Positions 54,186-64,000 of a stretch of 64,000 bases of DNA are shown here, piece after piece. The notes under the pieces are model-generated. The model searched no databases. It was not told the origin of the DNA and was given only the letters and a program-made list of their open reading frames with translations. Source of the stretch: Octopus sinensis (lineage: Eukaryota); the NCBI RefSeq assembly GCF_006345805.1, contig NC_043004.1:79112001-79176000 (forward strand). Reading direction: 5' to 3'. The translations under genes and the position numbers were made by a program. How positions within the stretch are numbered: the stretch's first letter is position 1; each line of letters starts with the position of its first letter.

Positions 54186-54221
<36 letters not shown>

Positions 54222-54225
54222 TATG
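53800..54225. repeat. Compound (GAT)n/(GGT)n microsatellite
   Basis: Direct reading. Confidence 0.95.
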
Positions 54226-54984
54226 CATGTAATGTATTGTCGAACGCCTTAAAATGTTATTAATAGGAAAAGAAACAGTGAAAACTAAGATCATTTTTAA
54301 ATGTAAACACTTAAAAATCTGACCAAAATAAGTTGAATGAACACAAGATACACAGCTTGGAATAATGTTGCGGAAATCAGACACCCGACGTCCTAGTGTT
54401 TCAATAAGCTGCATGGAGCGGGGGGTGTAAGAGAGAGAGGTTGGGAGCCTAGTGGTCGGGAGATGAAGAAAGAAAGAAGGAAGGCGAATCGGTTCCCTGC
54501 TGACTGGGTTAGGTTAGAACCAGGTGGAATTCCTTGAGGAGAACAAGAATACACAGTTACCGTAATGTCGGTTGGAAACCACCCTTGCTTCCTTCTTGTG
54601 ACATTGACATCCGATAAAAGATAAACACAATGGGAGTAAAGTTTATATATAGAGAGAGAGATGGATGAATGAATGAATGAATAAATTATGCTAATTATTT
54701 TAATTATGTATCTTAGAAAAACTTTTTATATTATTTTCCAATCATTCGTTTTTATGTATATGTAATTTTCTTTCTTAACGAAAACAAGGAACCAGATATA
54801 TATTGAGTTTCGGTTAAGATTTCATTGTGTTTAAAGGAATTTTAGTAGAGAATATAAAAACATCCACCCGAAAAGAATGTCTGAGTCTGAAAGAATGTAA
54901 ACTGAGAAAGAATTCGCTTCGATCGTGATTTATGCTGGATTTCCAAAAGTAAAGCTCTTAAAATGCTATTCGGGAAGTTGTAAA

Positions 54985-55440
54985 AATGTTTTCAAATTTT
55001 GGTACAAAGCCAGCAAATTTGCGGGAAGAAGTAAATGCTCAGCCGGTACATATTTTATCGATTCCGAAAGGACGAAAAGCAAAGTCTACCTCGGCGGAAT
55101 TTGAACTCAAAACACAAAGACATACGAAACACCGTTAAGCATTTCCACTGGCGTGCTACCGATTCCACCAGCTCATTGCCTTTCTTGCGTTTATCTTTAA
55201 AACATAATTAATATTAGACCTTTAGAAGGCGGCGTGCTGGCCGAAACGTTAGAAGGCAGTGGAAAATGCTTAGCGGCATTTCGTTCGTCCTTACGATCTG
55301 AGTTCAAATTCTGCCGTGGTCGACTCTGCCTTTCATCTTCTCATGGCCAATAAATTAGGTACCAGTGAAGCTCTGGGGTCAATGTGATTGATTGTCCCCC
55401 TCCCCACAAAAATCTAGGCCTTGTGCCTATAGTAGAAAGG

Positions 55441-55502
<62 letters not shown>

Positions 55503-55715
55503 GGCGGTGAGCTGGCAGAAACGTTAGCAGTCCGGGAAAAACGCTTAGTGGCATTTCGTCTGTCCTTGCGTTTTGAGTTCAAAATCCTATGAGGCTGAGT
55601 TTGCCTTTCATCCCTTCAGGGTCGATTAAATAAGTACCAGTTGCGTAATGGAGTCGATATAATCAACTTACTCATCCCTCAAAATTGCTGGCCTTGAGCC
55701 AAGATTCGAAACCAA
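54985..55715. mobile_element. Three SINE family A copies (- 54985-55185; + 55222-55440; + 55501-55715)
   Basis: Head and core matches; the first two are head-to-head. Confidence 0.8.
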
Positions 55716-56959
55716 GATAGACCTTCAGCATCAGAAAGGATTTGGTTTTATTGAGCCTCGTTAATCACTGGTACTTTAGTGATGTATATATAACCAATTC
55801 TTTACGGGTTTCAACAGGGGAGATGCTTCAAGGCTGCTGACTATTTATAGGGACTATTCCAGAGTGACTGTTAATTATAAGAGCCGTTGTCGTTATAAAT
55901 TAAGTGCTGACTTAATTGAATTTATTTCGCGTTGTGTTGGTGTAGTTCTGACTACTGTTTTCGCCTCCTAATTATTAATGAGTTTTTTTTTTATATCAAC
56001 CTATTTATAGACGGCTACGTGGAGGAAAAGTAATTTCGGGTCAGTGACTGAGCGGGGGATTAAAAGTGTGAGTGTGCACTTGTGCGTTCCCGTCCCCTTC
56101 TGTTTTAGCGTGTATATATGTACACACACTCGTACATAATTCATATACGTATATATATATGAAAACATGCACGCATGCATACACGTATCAACATATATTA
56201 ATTGACAAAACAGAACCATACTCAGAGATGAAGGGATATACATACTTACTCACATACATACATACATGCATATATACATATGCATATACATAACCATATA
56301 ATATATATATATATATATCAAAAGAATGTGTTATAATACTATTCCACATATAGAAAAACAGCCATACCAACAATCCAACATACGTCCAGCATCAGCTGCC
56401 CCTACGGATATCATTATGGCTTCGACACCTGGGCTGTACCATTCAATTCCGCGGTGTCAACAGCACTAAAATAAGTGTTATTTGGGAACAAACATGCCAA
56501 GGACACCACAACTTTCAGACACATTTCCCTTCTGTACAACCGTATCGGTAAATAAATTCAATAAGTAAATTACAACAAACTCCAAAATACGTAACTAAAC
56601 AGCGACCATTCCATTAAGTCATACAAAAATTATATTCCCTACTGTCTTCCATAATATATATATATATATATATAAACCTATAATGAAAGGTGAAGGGAGA
56701 CGTAGGTAGAAACAAACCTATATATGTACTTGTATAATTTAGATTCATTTCCAAGTTCTTTCATGCAATTATATGCGTAAAACGACATTCAAATAATTAT
56801 GCGTTTATGCGCAGAAAGGAAAGGCATAAAGCTTCTTACACCTACTCACACATCACATCTGTTCATTCGTCCACAATCATATACATCTAGATGCACACAT
56901 TCACACTGACAAAGTCAAGCTGACATGTGTTTGTGTGTGTTTGCACGTATGCATACACA

Positions 56960-56979
56960 AATATACATGTGTGTTGTAT

Positions 56980-57015
<36 letters not shown>

Positions 57016-57127
57016 GATATATAATATATATATGGATAGATATATATAGATATATATATATATATATATATATTATATAGATATATATATATATATATAT
57101 ATAGATATAGATATATATATAATATAA

Positions 57128-57199
<72 letters not shown>

Positions 57200-57410
57200 T
57201 ATATATATTATATATATATATATATATAGATATATATATATATAATATATGTATATATAGAGATATATATATAATATGTATATATATATATATATATTAT
57301 GTATATATATATTATATATATATAGATGTATTATATATATATAGATATATATATATATATATATGTATGATATATATATATATTATGATATATATATATA
57401 TATATATATG

Positions 57411-57448
<38 letters not shown>

Positions 57449-57491
57449 ATATATGTATGTATATATATATTAATATATTATATAATAGATG

Positions 57492-57526
<35 letters not shown>

Positions 57527-57598
57527 CTAATATATATATTATGATTATATATATATATATACCCCGAGATATGTATATAATATATATATATATTATTG

Positions 57599-57642
<44 letters not shown>

Positions 57643-57818
57643 GAGATATATCTCTAATAATTATATATATATATATATATATCTATATATATATATATTA
57701 TATATAATAGTATATATATACTATATATATATATGTAATATAATATAATATATATATAATATTATATATATATGTATATATAATATATTATAGTATGTAT
57801 ATATATATATATATATAT

Positions 57819-57876
<58 letters not shown>

Positions 57877-58008
57877 CTATATATATATTATATATATATA
57901 TATATATATCTATATATATATATATTATATATAATATATATATATACTATATATATATATGTATATATATATATTATATATATAATATTATATATATATG
58001 TATATATA

Positions 58009-58069
<61 letters not shown>

Positions 58070-58083
58070 ATATATATATATAT

Positions 58084-58115
<32 letters not shown>
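56960..58115. repeat. ~1.15-kb interrupted (AT)n array
   Basis: Direct reading. Confidence 0.95.
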
Positions 58116-58116
<1 letters not shown>

Positions 58117-58489
58117 ATTGCAACCTAATGTGGCGTCCTATACGGGACAGTGCTACTGGCATTTATAGCTCGAGGAAGACATCTCTTCCAGCTGGCTAAC
58201 AACACACATTCTGTGTCCGATTAGTATTTGCAAGGGGAGGTCATTACTCACATCCCTAGCCTTATCTGATTACACATGGACTCAAGTTTCTGGGTGGTTA
58301 CCTGTCCTCAGCATGTGTTAATCACCAGCTAGTGATGAAAACTCACCCCACTCGCAAAATACTGTATGCTTTTTCCAGTGACGAACCGTCGCTGATCTCG
58401 AAAAAGGAGAAATAAGCTATATTAAATCTCTGGGGTTATAAACGTCAGTAGCACCGTGCCGTATAGGACGCCACACTCGGTAGGCAATT
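58116..58489. mobile_element. MITE with ~55-bp imperfect TIRs in TA context
   Basis: tgtggcgtcctatacgggacagtgctactggcatttatag pairs with tataaacgtcagtagcaccgtgccgtataggacgccaca. Confidence 0.8.
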
Positions 58490-58647
58490 ATATGTTACGA
58501 TTCTGTATTGCTACTGTTTGCATCTCGCTCCGAGATTTAATATAGTATATATATATATATACACACACACACATATATATATATATATATTATATATATA
58601 TATAGCAATAATAATTCTCTAAACGAGATATAGACAGTAACTGCTCC

Positions 58648-58930
58648 ATAACAAAAGGGACATTAGCCATTTGAATGTGGCTAGGGACAGGGCAGGGCGG
58701 TGGGGGTGTTACTGATGCATTTAGCCCCAGGCGATCATCAACGTTACCAGATAGGCTTGACACCATCTTCTTCGGGGAATGATCTCCCTTTGCAGGATAG
58801 AGGACACCGTGATGGTGTCAAGCCTATCTGGTGACGTTGATGATCGCCTGGGGCTAAATGCATCAGTAACACCCTCACCGCCCTGCCCTGTCCCTAGCCA
58901 CATTCAAATGGCTAATGTCCCTTTTGTTAT
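58648..58930. repeat. Foldback element: 120-bp arms, 43-nt loop, two differences
   Basis: Arms 58648-58767 and 58811-58930 are reverse complements except for two transitions. Confidence 0.92.
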
Positions 58931-59199
58931 ATATATATATATTTATATTTATATTAATTTATATTTTCAAAGTGGAAAAATTTACGGATTTTTCTCTTAC
59001 GAGGTTTTTCACGCTAACTACTGATAATTTCTTTTAAAGATTTTATCCTCAATTGTTAATTAATATCTATATATATATATATATATATATATACTCACAC
59101 ATACACACGCACATGATGCATGCACATACACAATCATGCACATATACGCATACTTATTCTGGAGTGAAATAGCTTATTACTTGAGAATAATTTAGGGAT

Positions 59200-59900
59200 T
59201 TCCTCTCACATTTAGTAATTATCTTCAGTTCTGATGAGGCGTGTCTGGATATGGAATGCGTTAAGGTCCGGTGTTGTTGACACGGTTCTCAGGTTGCTGG
59301 AGAAAGTATATACTATACTTGTGTTGGTAGCGTTACCTCGTTAGGCGAAGCGTTAAATATGTATAGAGTATGTAGGATTTTAATACATTATGTATTCAGG
59401 AGATAATACTCTAAAAGTATTTGTCGAGTGTTATCTTCTAAACCAGGAGCTGTTCATTTTAAGCAGCACATAGGTTGCATGGTTTCTTCTTACCTGTATA
59501 CCTTATGTAATGTGTCCCATTTTAGATCGTTTTGGAGTCCCTGTCCCAGATGTAGCTTAGTAAACCCCGTATCATATATACTGATATGGTTTCGAAACGT
59601 ATAGTTGTGCTGGTAGTAGCGTTGTAGGAAGATTAAGTTTATAGACGTCTTGTACGTTTGACGGTTTAATCTTTGTAAACTATGTTTTTGCTAGGCATTT
59701 GGAGTTAAGTGGACATGTATTCACGATGCGACAGCTGCAGTTTCCAACGGCTGCTTTTATGTAAAGTTAATTCAAATTAGAGAATTTCGAGGAAGTTAAG
59801 ATTTACGCGAGGTTACGAGTGGTTGAGAATGACAGCTTAACTGTATATCTGTATCTATGTTGTAAAGTTTCCTAATTAGTTTGAGGATATTTGCCACTGG
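59200..59900 (-). mobile_element. Penelope-like GIY-YIG remnant
   Basis: Minus strand CSCRIVNTCPLNSKCLAK/NIVYK, the CxC..CPLxxxCL..VYK motif preceding the PLE GIY-YIG; frameshifted. Confidence 0.55.
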
Positions 59901-60338
59901 GGCTGGTTACTGAGAGACTGAAATTGAATTATATAACTATATAATAAATCAATAAATTACTATATTGTCATGTTAGTCCCTTAAAGTTTCCACTATGTCG
60001 AATTAATTTCATACTTTCTCTGATATATGACATAAATACTGGCGGATTATCGCCGTAGAGTCAATACTAATGTTACCTAAAACTAAGATGTAAATATTGT
60101 TTCCGTTGTATTCCACAACAAAATATTATTTGCTTAGTCAAAATGATTGCACCGATATAATTCAAATCTCTTCAATTTTATTTTCGTCTTTAATTGGTAC
60201 CTATATCTATTTTAAATGTTAGATTTCGTTTTAGTAAAACGTAATGTTGTTTGTAAATAAATACAGTGTTATTTCTTAGTTTTAATGAAATCAAATGTTT
60301 TTGTCAGTAAATAACGAAATGTTATATCTGTCTTACAG

Positions 60339-60392
60339 GGACCACCTGGACGTCCGGGACTGCGAGGTTCTGTAGGACCCAAAGGAGACATG
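60339..60392 (+). CDS. Collagen triple-helix exon (54 bp, six Gly-X-Y triplets)
   Basis: tcttacAG|GGA CCA CCT GGA CGT CCG GGA CTG CGA GGT TCT GTA GGA CCC AAA GGA GAC ATG|GTacag = GPPGRPGLRGSVGPKGDM; canonical 54-bp phase-0 collagen exon; collagen type not assignable. Confidence 0.9.
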
Positions 60393-60563
60393 GTACAGTA
60401 TGCTTTTTTCTCGAATATATGCACACTCCTATTTACATACCTATATACATATATAGTGATACATACATCATACACACATTCTAGATATACAATTATACAT
60501 ACATATACACATGCTATACACAAATAACAAAAAGTTCGATTATATATACACACACATACATAT

Positions 60564-60970
60564 CAGGCACGTGCCGTCAGTAATTACTCAGGGTAAGCAG
60601 TTGGTGACCTTTATGTAGTAAAACACACAAAAAATAAGCAAAATACAGGCGGGCAACTGAGTTGAAGGTAGATTTACTTCTGCCTTTATAGCAAGTAAAG
60701 AAAACGGTGTTGTAGGAGTGTACGCAGCATGTGTACTGCAGCAGTACTATGCGTAGCGTAAATACTGAGATTGAAAAGCAGGGACGAATTATGCCTACTT
60801 AATCTACAAAACGATAAAACATTTTGCCTTTTTTACCTAGTAATCAGAGTAACCTTCATAACTTTATTGAATTAGCTGCATATTTTGCCATGAGATGAAA
60901 ATGTTGCCATCGATCTGTTTTATTCAAGGTAGGCAGTGCCTACCTTGCCTACCTAGGCGGCACGTCCCTG
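60564..60970. mobile_element. hAT-like non-autonomous element
   Basis: TIR cagg(c/g)acgtgccg at both ends; 8-bp flanks atacatat/atgtatat (6/8 identical). Confidence 0.55.
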
Positions 60971-60984
60971 ATGTATATATATAT

Positions 60985-61214
60985 CGGCGGCGAGCTGGCA
61001 GAAACGTTAGCACGCCAGGCGAAATGCTTAGCGGTATTTCGTCTGCGTTACGTTGTGAGTTCAAATTCCGCCGAGGTCGACTTTGCCTTTCATCCTTTCG
61101 GGGTCGATAAATTAAGTACCAGTTACGTACTGGGGTCGATATAATCGACTTAATACCTATGTCTGTCCTTGTTTGTCCCCTCTGTGTGTAGCCCCTTGTG
61201 GGTAATAAAGAAAT
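60985..61214 (+). mobile_element. SINE family A, monomer
   Basis: Near-consensus copy. Confidence 0.88.
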
Positions 61215-61217
61215 ATG

Positions 61218-61261
<44 letters not shown>

Positions 61262-61263
<2 letters not shown>

Positions 61264-64000
61264 AAGGTGAAAAGGAACACACGAGTTGATATATATGAAA
61301 AAACAAGTCAAAAATAGAAAATGCTAAAATAATTTTATAGTGAACATTTCAGTACCGGTTTCGGTCATTTTGAGACCTTTTCAACTGTAACGATTAAATA
61401 ATTAAATTTAGAAAAATTAGAAGAAAAGATTTTTTAAAAGAATATTTCTATAGTAGTGTTCAGATTTAAGTGGCATTCTGCCTTTCTCTGACTCCCTTGT
61501 TTTCACTTGTGTGTCGGAGGTCGTTGTGAGTTCTTGGTAGGGTAGTAGAGGAAGAACGCTGGTGAGGAAAGGGGGGTGGGAGAATCTGGGAGTGCCCTGA
61601 TGGTCGTATTTTGAATGGTCAGTGGCGGCTGGCAGTCTCAGTTCAATTCAGGAGAATATTTATATTGACAGGCTTGTTTATAGAATTAGCGTAGGTGTTA
61701 TACTAAAAAACATTAGTGACAAAGTTAAGGGGTAGGGGGTGGAGAAGTAGAAGAAGAAGAAGAAGAAGAAGAAGAAGAAGAAGAAGAAGAAGAAGAAGGA
61801 GAAGGAGACGATGATGGTGATGGTGGTGATGATTATGACGACGATGATGATGATAATGATGATGAAGAAGAAGAAGAAGAAGAAGAAGAGAAGAAGAAGG
61901 AGGAGGAGAAGGAGAAGATGGTGGTGATGATGATGACGACGATGATGATGATAATGATGATGATGAAGAAGAAGAGGAAGAAGAAGAAGAAGAAAAAAAA
62001 AACAGAGAAGGGAGAATATGATTGGGTGTAAATATAGCTATGATGGGGCTGATTAGTAATGGATTCTATGGAGTGTAATATTTGTGTGTGTATATATATA
62101 TTTTTTCTTTTATTCTAAAGTTGAGGTATATTAATTGTTTGTCGTAGACCCGTTAAGAAGTGGCTTGTATTTTGTAATAAAGAGATTTTCTTTACTTATT
62201 CGTTGTCTCGAGGTTGTATCGTCCCTAAATTGGTAGAGGGGGAAAATTCTGAAGTTTGGTGTTTTTTTGTTGGCGCAAGTATCTATGTGTTGGCTAAAAG
62301 CTATTTTTATCTGGGATCTGTGCAGGGCCATTCGTTTACGCAAACCATTTTTTGTTTGGCCTATGTACTGCTCTTGTCACCCGGAGCAGGTTAGTGAGTA
62401 TATTAGGTTCTCCGAAGCACATGTGAAGTTGCTTTTCACTGTAAACCGTTGTCCCTGTTTGAAGGAGAACTCTGATCCCTCAATTAGATAGTCGCATATC
62501 CCGCAATTGGGTCTTCCACATTTTTTTACTGTCGGCTTCTGTGTTGAAGAGTGAATTCGGGCTTGTGTAAGGAGACTTTTCATGGATCTAGGCTGTCTTT
62601 TGCTTTTTATGATCGTGTGTGTTTGGAGGATTGTGTTCATTCTGTGGTCATTTTTTAGGAGGGGTATGTTGTGGAGGATGGTGTCGAAGGCTTCGTTATT
62701 GTGAGGGTTGTGTGTGGAGATGTATGGTAAGGCTTTTGGTTGTAAGTTTTTCTTTGATTTGGGATGTCTCAGTTCCTTGATGTTAAGTTGAAGGGCACGT
62801 TGAATGCACTTGTCAATAAGTGAAGGTGGATAGTTCCTGGTGATTAGGGTTTCTTTTAGTTCTTGTAGTCGTGTGTCTCTGGTGTTTGCGTTAGAGACTA
62901 TAGTGCATATCCTTTTTGCTAGATTGAAGGGGATATTCATCCTGGTGTGTCTGGGGTGGCATGAATTGAATGGAAGATATTGCTTAGAGTCTGTAGGCTT
63001 ATGGTATATGTCTGTTTCTATTATATTATTAGCTTTCTTAATGAGGATATCGAGGAAGGGGAGTTGTTGTTGGCTATATTCCATCGTGAATTGGATGTTT
63101 ACGTCCAGTTCGTTTAAAATTTTCTGGAATTCTATGAGTTTTTCTATATTTTTATGCCAAAGGATGAAACAGTCATCTAGATATCTCTTCCAGTTGTTTT
63201 CTATGTAGATGGAGAAAGGGCTGCCATATCTTTCTAGAACCTTACGATACAGACTGATCTCTAGGTATCCTATGACTAGGTTGGCAAAGAGGGGGCCATT
63301 CGTGTACCCATCGCAGTCCCCGATTTTTGTCGGTAGAAGTTGTCATTGAAGGCGAAGAAGTTATTTTCCAGGATGAATTTAACCCCTTCTATCACACAAT
63401 TCTTTTTTGCGGTGTGGTAGTTCGTTGGCGTGATTCTCTAGCCAGAATTGGATTGCCTCTAGTCCTAGGTTGTGGGGGATATTGGAGTAGAGGTTGACTA
63501 CATCGAAGGATACCAGTATGGTGTTTTTGTTTATAGTATTCGGTAGGTGATTGAGCATATCTAAGTCGTCCCTTATATAGCTTTTGACATGTTTGAGGAG
63601 TGGTTTTAACAGGGTGTCTAAAAAGTTACTGAGGCGGTGGGTTTCGCATGCGGGACCTGCTATTATGGGTCTCAATTTAGGGACTTTAATTATTTTGTCT
63701 GTAGCTATCTTGCATGCGTTGCTTATTTTTTCACTTTTGTGGATCTTAGGTATACCGTAGAATTGGCTAGTTTTACTTGTGAAATTGGTCATATAATCAT
63801 ATTCTTTGTCGGTGAGCCCTGCTTTGTATGGGTTTAATATGGATTTTAGTTCCCTCATTATTTTTTGTTGACTGTAGTTTTGTGCCTTTTCATAGTATGT
63901 TGTGTCTTCCAGCATAGAAAGTACCAAAGTTATGTAAAATGTCGTATCCATTAAGACAACAGCACTCCCTTTATCGGCCTCTTTGATTGTTATTGTTTTA
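61262..64000 (-). mobile_element. Penelope-like retroelement (RT + GIY-YIG), running off the window end
   Basis: FYGIPKIHK..LRPIIAG, LVSFDVVNLYSNIP, QKSGTAMGTRMAP, WKRYLDDCFILW (~63171-63184), PFLDI, CGRPNCGIC, LIYSLTC..QYIGQT; about three frameshifts and one in-frame stop; 3' pLTR-like region. Confidence 0.93.
61348..61387 (-). ncRNA. Degenerate hammerhead motif in the Penelope 3' end
   Basis: cag-TTGAAAA-ggtc-tcaaaat-gacc-GAAA-CCGG-TA-ctg: all three helices pair and helix III is palindromic (ACCGGT), but the core differs from CUGANGA at two positions. Confidence 0.5.

Noticed and set aside
59591-59612. ctgatat-ggtttc-gaaacgta hammerhead-like string
   Set aside because: Core G8/A9 are absent, helix II is not formed, and it lies within PLE coding remnant; likely chance.

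Overview
Eukaryotic, AT-rich, extremely microsatellite-dense animal DNA. The SINE families and repeat density point to a coleoid cephalopod, probably Octopus (inference, not a database match). Almost all ORFs in the supplied track are microsatellite read-through artefacts. What the sequence supports: (1) about 35 copies of at least four tRNA-derived SINE families; (2) LINE fragments: four R4/Dong-like RLE 3' ends each ending in (AAT)n, two RTE-like pieces plus a weaker third, a Tx1/L1 endonuclease and a CR1/L2 RT remnant; (3) a large Penelope-like element (RT YLDD + GIY-YIG) at the right edge and an older Penelope remnant; (4) non-autonomous Helitrons and several MITEs/foldbacks; (5) one clear 54-bp Gly-X-Y collagen exon on + and a tentative multi-exon gene on -. 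The most interesting signal is a recurring non-autonomous element made of a tRNA-derived Pol III head, an (AAT)n array and a tail carrying a minimal hammerhead ribozyme with a loopless palindromic helix III. It always occurs with an inverted partial copy (a Penelope-like insertion signature), and its (AAT)n array is repeatedly colonised by Dong/R4 retrotransposons. Two other unrelated hammerhead motifs and one degenerate one of the same design occur elsewhere. Repeat boundaries were read by eye and are approximate (about +/-10-20 bp); exon, TSD and hairpin coordinates were counted more carefully.
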